Source: Octopus vulgaris (taxonomy: Eukaryota). Taken from it: 64,000 nucleotides of DNA. The translations under genes and the position numbers were made by a program. This document shows, in pieces, positions 11,901 through 22,915 of the stretch. Positions within the stretch are counted from its first letter, which is position 1. Each line of letters starts with the position of its first letter. The stretch spans positions 29,636,001-29,700,000 of the forward strand of contig OX597842.1 of NCBI GenBank assembly GCA_951406725.2. The letters are read 5' to 3'. The notes under the pieces were generated by a model that searched no databases, had not been told where the DNA came from, and saw only the letters and a list, made by a program, of their open reading frames with translations.

Positions 11901-13762
11901 AAATAACTACAGGGTTATTAAACTGTTGGATCAGGTGATGAAGGTCTCAGAGAGGGACATAGTCCATCTCATTAGGGAGAGGATTTTCTTAGATGAGATT
12001 CAGTTCAGTTTTGTGCCAGGTAGAAGCACCACGGATGCTATATTCCTGCTCCGACAACTGCAGGAGAAGTACCTAGCTAAAGATAAACCCCTCTACATAG
12101 CTTTTATGGACTTGGAGAAAGCCTTTGACAGGGTCCCCCGATCCCTTATCTGGTGGTCGATGTGGAAACTGGAGATTGACGAATGGCTAATAAGGACTGT
12201 ACAGGCCCTATACAGAGAGGCTGTCAGCAAGGTTAGAATTGGCAACGAATATAGTGAAGAATTCCGGGTAGAAGTAGGTGTACACCAAGGCTCAGCCCTC
12301 AGTCCCCTTTTATTCATCATAGTCCTCCAGGCAATAACAGAGGAATTCAAAACAGGTTGCCCCTGGGAGCTCCTCTATGCTGATGACCTGGCTCTCATAG
12401 CAGAATCACTACCGGAACTAGAAAAGAAATTTTGGGTGTGGAAGTAAGGGTTAGAATCAAAGGGCCTTAGAGTAAACGTAGCAAAGACCAAAGTTATAGT
12501 AAGCAGAAAGGCGAACTCAGCACACACACCCTTGGGCAGGTGGCCCTGCTCGATCTGTAGGAAAGGTGTAGGTAGAACCTCCATAAGATGTACCCAGTGT
12601 AAGCTATGGATGCATAAGAGGTGCAGCAACATCAAAGGGAAATTAACTGATAAGATAGCTTTCATGTGCGGCAGAGGCACAGGGACAATAGACACGACAG
12701 ATACTCAGAAAACAGATTCCATCACACTCCAGGGGGAGAAACTAGAAGTAGTTGATAGTTTCCGCTACCTGGGTGACCAAGTTAGTAGTGGAGGTGGATG
12801 CTCAGAGAGTGTCACCATTAGAATACGAATAGCCTGGGCAAAGTTTAGAAAGCTCCTACCCCTACTGGCAACAAAGGGTCTCTCGCTCAGAGTGAAAGGT
12901 AGATTGTATGATGCATGTGTGCGAACTAGCATGCTTCACGGTAGTGAAACATGGGCTGTGACTGCAGAGGACATGTGTAGACTTGAAAGAAATGAAGCTA
13001 GCATGATCCGCTGGATGTGTAATGTCAGTGTGTGTGCACGACAGAGAGTAAGCGCCCTGAGAGAAATGCTGGACATACGAAGCATCAGATGTGGTGTGCA
13101 AGAGCAACGCTTGCGATGGTATGGTCATGTACTGTGGATGGATGAGGAGAGATGAGTGAAGAAGTGCCGCTCCCAAACAGTTGAAGGTATCGGAGAGAGA
13201 AAGACCCAGGAAGACATGGGATGAGGTAGTCAAGCATGACTTAAGATGGTTGTGCCTCACATAGGCAATGACGAAGGACCGAGATCTCTGGAGATATGCT
13301 GTGACTGCAAAGACCCAGGCTGCTTTCTGCACCAGTTCCGCATAGCCCCTGCCCATTCAAAGTACCTTGGATACCAGAACATCCCGCTGTGCTTGGGGAG
13401 ACCTATTGAGACAAGTACATGAACATCGAAATAAATATCAATGGAAATAGTAGTTGTGATACCTGTGCCAGTGGCACATGAAAAACACCATCCGAACGTG
13501 GCCGATGCCAGCGCCGCCTCGACTGGCTTCTGTGCCGGTGGCACGTTAAAAGCACCAACCGATCATGGCCAATGCCAGACTCCCCTGACACGTAAAAAAA
13601 ACCCACTACACTCACGGAGTGGTTGGTGTTATGAAGGGCATCCAGCTGTAGAAACACTGCCAGATCAGACTGGGCCTTGTGCAGCCCTTGGCTTCCCAGA
13701 CCCCGGTTGAACCATCCAAACCGTGCTAGTGCGGAAAACGGATGTTTAACGACGATGATGAT
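11901..13762 (+). mobile_element. 5'-truncated RTE LINE insertion, unit 1
   Basis: Same RT, finger and C-terminal motifs as 5347-8158 but diverged, with a stop at 12445-12447 and a (GAT)n tail. Units 2, 4, 5 and 6 have the empty site. Confidence 0.95.
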
Positions 13763-14344
13763 ATAGGTACATCACCTAAGAACTGCACTGATCCCATTAA
13801 GGGCCCAACGCAAGGCATTTGAATAAATCACAGAGTTGGTCTGAGCAGAAATGTGTAGGGTGGTTGTGGTAGTGTTGATGATGCAGGTGGTGGTGGTGGT
13901 GGTGGTGGTGATGGTATAGGTTGCAGAAGTGATGGTTGTTGGGGTCATGGTGATAGTGGTGGTCCTTTTTGCAAGGAAAGGTCAGTTTTGGAGTAGTTGT
14001 AGCTGTTTAGCCACAATTCAGCCCAGGTCCTTCAAACCTAGAATCAAAGACACTCCACCCATGACATATTCTTTGGATTAACTTTTCACACTATCCCACC
14101 ACTGGTTGAAAATATTAAGTAGCAATAATATACTGTTCCTGTTTATCTCATCTAATTCTCTTTCTCAGGTTTTGAGGCCTTGTGTAGGCTATGGGCACTG
14201 CCTTACTTTCTTTCACTAATTAATTAGCATGCTTTATGCACAAATACATTATATGCATATATATGTGCATTAGTCTATGATTGTTACATGCACATACTGC
14301 ATGCACATATATATGTTTATTTGTTTCTGTTTGTACATATGTAA

Positions 14345-14708
14345 AAACAACACAAGAATCCCAAAACGAACTTCAATACAATATATCTCAAAATAACGAG
14401 GGGAATATCCGAGTGGATTTTGACATCAAATTACCAATCGAACCCCGATGGATCCAGGTACACTCCAAGGCTGGCCATTTTGCTGGTTCACAGTCTATTC
14501 AATGTGAAATTTCTTTTCATCAGTGAACAGCAGTTAGGGCAGCATGCCTTCAACAATCCCCTTGGTGAGTATCATGATTGTATTTCGGTCTAGAGCCATT
14601 ATCTAATCCATAAATCTGAATTTATTTGGTCTGAAGCAAACACAAGACACACTATCTATTGATAGTCATTAAAGCCCAAAACTTTGGTTCCCTTAATTTC
14701 GGAACACC
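14345..14708 (-). mobile_element. Tc1/mariner-superfamily (maT/DD37D-like) deletion derivative; copies ~23640, 32553, 41417, 50286, 59222
   Basis: The minus strand reads LLFTDEKKFHIE*TVNQQN, resembling the first catalytic-Asp motif FTDEK..N.QN. A terminus-like GGTGTTCCGAAATTAAGGGAACC lies at ~14686-14708. Confidence 0.6.
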
Positions 14709-14806
14709 TTCTATAAACTCCCAACTCACGCATTATCATTGTTTCCTTCTCTCTCCCTCCCATTCCACAATTTCTCTCTCTCACCCCCTCTCTCTCTCTC
14801 TCTCTC

Positions 14807-14857
<51 letters not shown>

Positions 14858-14895
14858 ATATATATATACTTTATTTAAAAGCAGAAGAAATATAA

Positions 14896-14944
14896 CAAAA
14901 GCTGTTACTCAGAGTTTCACGTTCCCGTTTGTCAGACAGTTTTG
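14896..14944 (-). ncRNA. Hammerhead motif family A with G8A core lesion; copies ~24154, 33063, 41946, 50821
   Basis: Minus strand CAAAACTGT-CTGACAA-ACGGGAACGT-GAAA-CTCTGAGTA-ACAGCTTTTG, homologous to 9214-9261. Probably inactive because C3 faces A8. Confidence 0.7.
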
Positions 14945-14975
14945 TGTTTACTCCAGTAGATATATATATATATAT

Positions 14976-15431
14976 ATTAATAGTTATCGCCATACTTATA
15001 TGGCAGTCTTATAAATATAAGACTAAAGCTGTCGCTGATTAGCTCCAAGAGGCCACCACCTCAAGCTAGCTATTTGACAGAACCTGTGTCCATTATAAAC
15101 CTTCGAACAGGGGAGGTCAGCCGCTTCATCCTGCCAGTCAGACAGCTGCAGACATGTTTCAGGGTATTTGCCCTTTATCAATGCAGCGTAGTCACACCCA
15201 GCAGGTGTCGCTACTGACTGTCCCTGTTCGAAGAATCTATTTACCTAGTTTCAGTGGAATACATCCACTTGTTTTCAATAATAGAAATATTAAAATTACT
15301 AAGTCTCTCTAAAGGAGATTACGGCAGCGTTACTGGAAATTAATTGTTATCGCCATACTTATATGGCAGTCTTATAAATATAAGACTAAAGCTGTCGCTG
15401 ATTAGCTCCAAGAGGCCACCGCTTCAAGCTA
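14976..15431 (-). mobile_element. Retrozyme-like element: 363-bp monomer plus ~93-bp terminal redundancy; copies ~24234, 33142, 42027, 50901
   Basis: 14976-15068 recurs at 15339-15431 (offset 363), with one HHR between. No coding capacity is evident. Confidence 0.65.
15145..15187 (-). ncRNA. Type I hammerhead motif family B with U3-A8 variant core; copies 24403-24445, 33312-33354, 42196-42238, 51070-51112
   Basis: Minus strand GCTGCA-TTGATAA-AGGGCAAATACCCT-GAA-ACATGT-C-TGCAGC. Six-bp stem I, AGGG/CCCT stem II, palindromic stem III, GUC triplet. Confidence 0.75.
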
Positions 15432-15439
15432 TTATCACT

Positions 15440-15516
15440 ATTTATATCAATGTTATTATTATTATTATTATTGTTATCATCATTATTAATATTATTTTTA
15501 TTATTTTTATTTTTAC

Positions 15517-15571
<55 letters not shown>

Positions 15572-17700
15572 GTTGTTGTTATTTCTATTGTTGATGCTAT
15601 TATTACAATTATTACTATTATCTTTGTTGTTACTATTCATTCTACTCATGACTAACTTAATGTTTTTACTATTAAGTCTAGCTATTATGGTAGCCATGTT
15701 TGGGAGGGTTGAATATGAAATTCTTACTGATCTCCTAGAAATTATTTTATGATATTTATGGGAGGCTGGGAAAGTTTTTCTAGTATAGATTTAAATCTAC
15801 AGTACACATTCATCGAGATTGAACAATTAAAGGGGATATTTAGCCAAATGATATTTTCTCTTTTATATTTTTTGTATAAGTCCGAGTGGGAAGGATTTGT
15901 GTTATCAGTATTCGCATGAGAATTATTATTCCTTTTACTACTATTTTTATCTTGGTTGGCATTTTCATATTTATTTATGATCTGGTCCCTATTTATATTC
16001 CTATAATTTGGTTTATACACTAGGTTTTTCATCATCATCAACATCATCATCGTTTAGCCTTCGCTTTCCATGCTAGCATGGGTTGGACGGTTCAACTGGG
16101 GTCCGGGAGGCCAGAAGGCTGCACCAGGCTCAGGTTGATCTGGCAATGTTTCTACGGCTTGATGCCCTTCCTAATGCCAACCACACCATGAGTGTAGTGG
16201 GTGCTTTTTCTTCTCCATTAATTTATGTTTATGTAGGGTATGAGAGTTATTATTACTTACGTCATTTATATTCACTTCATTATTTGGGAGGTTTGAACTA
16301 TCCTTATCAAGAAAGGTGATTTCTTGGTCATATCCCGCTTTTGATAATGCGATATTGTAATGGTTAGAGTGAGAGTTAAATATATCACTATTAGATGATA
16401 ATTTTGAAATTCTTTGGGAAATATTTCTAACTAATGATTTTAGTATATTCAGGGGATGATTAGATGATTTACTTACATATCTAGTGACCTCACCCTCCTT
16501 TCTAAGTGGGTAATGTGACTTTGAATTGAGGTCTTATGTAACATCTAGGAAATTAACTATGTTAGTGTTATGTTCATAAGTAATGCCTAGGTTAAAATCT
16601 TTTAAAAATTTGTTAATTTTTCTTTTTTATCCTCTCAATACTTGATTTACTATTGCTAGGTACAACCAACAAAGCATCGTACCTATATAGACCACCTTGT
16701 AACTCAGGGATATCCCTGTTTATGCATTTTAATAAGTATGCTCCTACCAGATTCGTTATCTCCGCTGAGTCACTACAGCCCATAGGTATATCAAAATTAT
16801 TGGGGGTATCCGCCCTAGTCCATAATTTACCTTCAAATTCAATGATAGTTTTTCTAGCTAATAGGATTATGTCAATTTCTTCTCTAGATATGAGAGAGCG
16901 ATTCATAGCAAAAATAAGCGATTTATTTAGTAGAATGGGGGATATACTTGAATAGTAATTGTTAATATCAAATTGGATACAAGAAATTCTATTAGTGTTA
17001 TCTAGAGATTCAAACCAATCTATCACTTCATCTGTATTAATCCATAGACTCAAGGGGAGATTAGGAATTATAGAGGGTAGAATATTGTCCAAAATAGAGT
17101 CTTACAGAGGGGTTTTCTAAGAAATTTTTCTTATGGTCCTTAAGATTGATCCTGGGTTCACATGGTATAAGAGGCTCTGTTCTAACGGTCAGATCGTAAT
17201 TCACCATAACTTTTTTGATTTCTAAATTGATCTCTCTCAAGTTTTTCTTGGTTGTTACTTTATACCTTAAGTTTAGTTCCTTTCTAATGAGTTTGCTGTG
17301 AGTCGCGTAATCCATTCTGTAAAGATTTCGAGTTTTGTCGGCTGGGACCAGGATCCCCTGTTTATTTTGAATAGATTTAATGAAATCCTTTAGATGTCAA
17401 AGGTGTGGATTGTATCTCAGTGGATGCTCCTTGAATTTTATATTTGTGATAAGGTCCAGTAGATGTTTGTCAAAGCTTTCAAGCAATGGATTCGGAGGTG
17501 GGCTCTTCCTACTTCTAAAAATCTTTTTGTAGTTATTATCCAGGTGTGTTAGTTGAGGGTCTTTTTACTGTTTGGTATCGTAGTGGTAAGTAATCCATCT
17601 AATTCTTCGGATAAATTCATTGGTTCTGTGGACCAACAGTGATATGTATTCGCCCTTACTACGTAAGGGGATATATCCTTTAAATAAAAATTATGAGTAT
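15440..17700 (-). pseudogene. Penelope-like element reverse transcriptase ORF, decayed, unit 1
   Basis: NEFIRRIRW, LVPADKT, LKDHK.NF..NP.VRL, IQFDINNYYSSI, FDIPMGCSDSAEITNLVG, GGLYRYD (YRDD expected), SNHP..ILK and IIWLNIPF...ISYSTLPNM, then (AAT)n. It has frameshifts and no in-line GIY-YIG. Confidence 0.88.
16030..16208 (-). mobile_element. Short RTE 3'-tail insertion interrupting the Penelope ORF (all five copies)
   Basis: Reverse complement of ~7990-8158, including (GAT)n. It splits the PLE reading between KLMEKK and KNLVYKP. Confidence 0.85.
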
Positions 17701-18239
17701 TCCTATATTTTTCAAATTTTAACTTTTTATTATAATAATAGGAAATATACTATATAAGCCTTCAACTTAACTTTCATAGATGACTAGAAAAACTTCAGTG
17801 TGAAATTGAAATTTTTTTCTAAATCTAATCTAGTTTTAAAATTAACAAAGCTGCCCCCCAGTTATAAAATACTATGCCTACTCATAAAAATAAGTGATAG
17901 TTTTTTTCTTAGTCTCTGTAAAGGAGATTAATTGACCTTTTGACACTGACCTAGCTTCTTCTCACCAAAGAGCAGTAATTGGCATTTTGTTAGTGGCAGC
18001 TTGAATTCCTTTTATGGTATTCTGAAACCTCCCTTACCCTCATTCCTGAAACTAAAAAAATTCTTTATTACTTCTAATTCTTATAGCAGTTAGATACAAC
18101 CATATTTTGGTCAGTTAGTGGCTGGACTTCACAACCTCATATGTTCTTAAAATTGAAATCTACATCTTTATCTGTATATCTACCTTCTCTAAAATGTTAC
18201 TACTTGATTTGAAAGCTTTTGTATTATTGGAAAACCTAT

Positions 18240-18334
18240 GTAATTGCCTGAAGAGCACTCAGCATCTTAAATCTGCTGTAATACTTACAACTTTTAATAA
18301 AATGTTGTAGTGCGAAACAATTGTACCAAATTAC
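18240..18334 (+). ncRNA. Type I hammerhead motif family C with branched stem II, unit 1
   Basis: GTAATTGC-CTGAAGA-GCAC[...]GTGC-GAA-ACAATTGT-A-CCAAATTAC. Intact core, palindromic stem III, GUA triplet. Stem II encloses hairpins CAGCA/TGCTG and TACAAC/GTTGTA. Confidence 0.75.
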
Positions 18335-18363
18335 CGGAGTCAATCTAGTTGCTTATTCATGAG

Positions 18364-18477
<114 letters not shown>

Positions 18478-21400
18478 CATATATATACACAAAAACACAT
18501 ACATAAATACATACGCACAATTGTATATACATACATACAATATCATTGTAACTCATAATTTCTTTGTAGACGACCTGAAGATTTATGCTAAAAGTGTGAA
18601 CAATGCTTAAAACCAACTGGAATTAATAACCTTTTCAGCTGAGATAGGCATGGAATTCGGCCAAAAGAAATGTTCAGATTTGGTTATAGAACAAGGAAAG
18701 TCAGTACCCCAAACCCAAAACCAGTGCATCAACAGACTCTCCCGCTTCCTCCCTCTCTCTCTCTCTGTCTTTTTATGTATATACTCTTTACTCTTTTACT
18801 CTTTTACTTGTTTCAGACATTTGACTGCAGCCATGCTGGAGCACCGCCTTTTGTCGAGCAAATCAACCCCGGGACTTATTCTTTGTAAGCTCAGTACTTA
18901 TTCTATCGGTCTCTTTTGCCGAACCACTAAGTGACGGGGACGTAAACACACCAACATCGGTTGTCAAGCAATGCTAGGGGGACAAACACAGACACATAAA
19001 CACACATACACATATATACGACGGGCTTCTTTCAGTTTCCGTCTACCAAATCCACTTACAAATACACTTCCATAAATACATATGTACATACATACATACA
19101 GGTATAAAAACAGACATGCATACGTAATTACATATATATACATACACGCATACATGTATAACAAAATATGATAGCAGAGTGTGTAAAGTAATATTTTTAA
19201 GTTCAATGATTAACTTAAAACCAACTGGAATTAATTCCAACCTTTTCAGCTGCTATTGCTAGACAGCCGTTCATCCGACCTTTCAACAGGTCTTGTTTTT
19301 AATTTTGTTGGGTTTCAAGCAACGCTCCTCATCTGGATATCCAGGTGGGGTTGCCAGTTTAATTGCTGACAACCCAACCATGCAACATGTTGTACTGGAT
19401 TCCATGTTACCAGCAGCACTTATGAGAGCCTTGTAAGTGACCTGACATACAGACAGACATACATAGATACATACATACATACATATATATTTGCATACTT
19501 ACAAACACATACATACAGACATACATACAGAAATACATACATGTATACATACATACATACTACATACATACATACATACATACATACATGCATACACACA
19601 TACATGCATGCATACATACATACATACATGCATGCATACATACATACATACATACATGCATACATACATACATACATACATGCATACACACATACATGCA
19701 TACAAACATACATGCATGCATACATACATACATACATACATACATGCATACACACATACATGCATGCATACATGCATGCATGCATGCATACATACATACA
19801 TACAGCATGCATCCTTGCATGCATGCATGCATACATACATACATATATATTTGCATACTTACAAACACATACATACAGACATACATACAGACATACATAC
19901 ATGTATACATACATACATACATACATGCATACATACATACACACATACATGCATACATACATACATGCATACACACATACATGCATACACACATACATGC
20001 ATACACACATACATGCATGCATACACACATACATGCATACAAACATACATGCATGCATACATACATACATACATACATGCATACACACATACATGCATAC
20101 ACACATACATGCATGCATACACACATACATGCATACAAACATACATGCATACACACATACATGCATGCATACATACATACGTACGTACATATATGCATGC
20201 ATACATACATACATGCATGCATGCATACATGTATACATACATGCATACATACATACATATATATTTGCATGCTGACAAACACATCCCTACACACATACGT
20301 ACAAACATACACACACGCACATACATATATGCATGCATACATAAATACATAAGCACATACATGCAGATTCATACATGCATGCAAACACACATACATACAC
20401 TTATATACACACATACATATGCACGTATCAGTTTTCCGATTCAGTGTTTTGTCCGACTTTTGAAATCAGGATAAAAATTCTTAAAATATTTGAAACAAAC
20501 TCAAAATAAAGAAACAGGATAGAAATTGATTGTTGCATAACAAAATATGATAGCAGAGTGTGTAAAGTAATATTTATGTTGACCGATTTCTCAATCACAA
20601 CGTGACTAACATCTCAGGTGTGGCACTATTGGTTGACGATATGAAATTACGCCACCTGTCTATTATTCTTTGTTAATTTAAGAAAAGTGATCCTCTCTAA
20701 AATTAGCGATGATTATCTTGTTGCTGGTGGTGGTGGTATTTTGTGTGTGTGTGTGTATTTGATATTGTTGGCATTGTTATTGTTGTTGCCCTCTCTTCCA
20801 GTTATCTGATCAAATGGCTGAATTGCGGCCACACACATATTGTCCCTGATATACATATGACTGCATCAAGCTGACACCATAGAACACGGGTTCGATGTGT
20901 GTCGGGAAATGCGGCCACGTCTACCTCTTGTGCTATCTCTAGTGAACATTTGATTCTAGTGAGTTCAAATTTTAGATGTTGTTCAACTCCCAGATTACCT
21001 CTAGTCCAAAAATCATTTACTTAAAAACGTTCTAGCCATGACCATCCTGTCTTTTGGATATGAGTAATGTTGAAATTACATTATCTACAATAGCCTTTCT
21101 TTCTTATAAAAGTAAGGTGTGAGCTGAGTGAGGTTTAGCTGCTTTTTCTATCGGGTCATCACAATAGCCAATTGAGAGCTTTGCAGTAATTGTTGCAGTT
21201 GTCTGTGTTCTGAGATCAAATCCAGCTGAAGTCAAATTCTACAGGGTCAATAGATAAACTACTAGATATTGCTACAACACCTGAGAACTGCATTGATCCC
21301 ATTAAGGGTCCAACTCAAGACATTTGAATAAATCACAGAGTTGGTCTGAGCAGAAATGTGTAGGTCAGTTGTAATTGTGGTTGTGGTAGTGTTGATGATG

Positions 21401-21847
21401 CAGGTGGTGGTTGTGGTGGAGGTGGTGGTGGTGGTGTAGGTTGCAGAAGTGATTCTGGTTGGGGTCATAGTGATAGTGGTGGTCCTTTTTGCAAGGAAAG
21501 GTCAGTTTTGGAGTAGTTGTAGCTGTTTAGCCCCCTTTCAGCCCAGGTCTTTGAAAACCTTGAATCAAAGACACTCCACCCATGACATACTCTTTGGATT
21601 AACTTTACACACAATCCCACCACTGGTTGAAAATATTAAGTAGCAATAATATACTGTTCTTGTTTATCTCATCTAATTCTCTTTCTCAGGTTTTGAGGCC
21701 TTGTGTAGGCTATGGGCGCTGCCATACTTTCCTCCACTAATTAATTAGCATGCTTTATGCACAAATACTTTATATGCATATATATGGCCATTAGTCTATG
21801 ATTGTTACATGCACATACTGCATGCACATGTATATGTTTATGTATAT

Positions 21848-22140
21848 ATCATCATCTTCGTTTAACATCCGTTTTCCATGCTAGCACGGGTTGGACGGTG
21901 TGACCAGGGTCTGGGAAGCCAGGAGGCTGCCCCAGGCTCCAGTCTGATCTGGCAGTGTTTCTACAGCTGGATGTCCTTCCTAACGCCAACCACTCCGTGA
22001 GTGTAGTGGGTGCTTTTTACGTGCCACCGACACAGGCCACAGGAGGCTGGCAACGTCCACGATCGTCTGGTACTTTTTACGTGCCACAGGCACATGTATC
22101 ACAACTACAAGTTCCATATGATTTTTATTTTGATGTTGAC
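21848..22140 (-). mobile_element. RTE 3'-tail insertion in RTE-free units; copies ~39611, 48476, 57414
   Basis: (ATC)n-GTTTAAC..CGTTTTCCATGCTAGCACGGGTTGGACGG...GAGTGTAGTGGGTGCTTTTTACGTGCCAC is the reverse complement of the RTE 3' UTR. Confidence 0.85.
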
Positions 22141-22345
22141 CTTCCCTGTTTGAAGGTTATAATGGACACAGGTTCGTGTGTCACATAGCTAGCTAGCGGC
22201 GACGGCCTCTTGGAGTTAATCAACGGCAGCATTCGTCCTATATTTATTGAGTGCCATATTAGCTTGGTGATAACTATTAATATCCAGTATCGCTGCCGTA
22301 GTCTCCTTTAGAGAGACTTAGAAATAATAATATTTCTATATTGAT
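22141..22345 (+). mobile_element. Diverged, circularly permuted fragment of the 363-bp retrozyme-like monomer; copies ~39903, 48769, 57707
   Basis: Its reverse complement reads AATAT...CTAAGTCTCTCTAAAGGAGACTACGGCAGCG...TTAATAGTTATC...CTCCAAGAGGCC...GCTAGCTAT...GAACCTGTGTCCATTATAACCTTC, running through the monomer junction. Confidence 0.75.
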
Positions 22346-22739
22346 ATATATATATGTGTGTGTGTTTGTTTGTGCATGTGTATACATACAGATAGACAGA
22401 CAGACAGAAGGGAGAAAGCTAATTAAAGACTACAGATCCAATCCATCACTGGAATTGTAAGAATCTGTAAAACTTTCCAGAAGTTTACCATTTAAATATA
22501 TATGAGTATGTCTAGATGTGCAGCTATATGCATGAGAATACATACATAAACAAAGAAATCTGCATGCACATACATACATACATACATACATACATTCTCT
22601 GTTGTTGATATTGAAAAATTCTAATGAAGGTGACTTGGATCTAGGTTAGAACCCGGTTCTTTCTGTATTGGCAAGAAATCTTGAAATAAAGATGATTGGC
22701 CGTTGCTATGGCCTGCTCATCAAACTGCAATTCTTCACA

Positions 22740-22915
22740 TTATTCTCAGGACAAAATGTATAAGTGACAAAGAGCATGACATTCTCCCTGAGCAGGGCAC
22801 TAGTCAATCGCAGGGTTATTTATTTACAGCTCAGTTGATGGGAACAATGTGAAATGAGGTATTCATCTGAGGACCTCTAAGCACCACCCTCTGGGAATCG
22901 AAATCATGAACACAC
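22740..22915 (-). mobile_element. Old degenerate tRNA-derived SINE
   Basis: GGGAATCGAAA resembles a reversed B-box. Upstream TTTACAGCTCAGTTGA..GGAACAATGTGAAATGAGGT resembles a SINE core. Confidence 0.35.

Noticed and set aside
14505-14530. CTGATGAAAAGAAA on the minus strand resembling an HHR core
   Set aside because: Better explained as transposase codons FTDEKK, with no supporting stems.
15344-15752. Poly-I, poly-L and poly-N ORFs
   Set aside because: An (ATT)n tract. Only the minus-strand flank is PLE-derived.
21262-21468. Thr-rich mucin-like ORF repeated in the units
   Set aside because: Derived from (GGT/GTT)n repeats. Length and stop vary among copies and no supporting splice structure was found.
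22610-22692. TAATGAAG..stem..GAACCCGGTTC..AATAAA, like a pseudo-LTR hammerhead
   Set aside because: Both core boxes deviate and no stem I is found, so it is at best a dead remnant.
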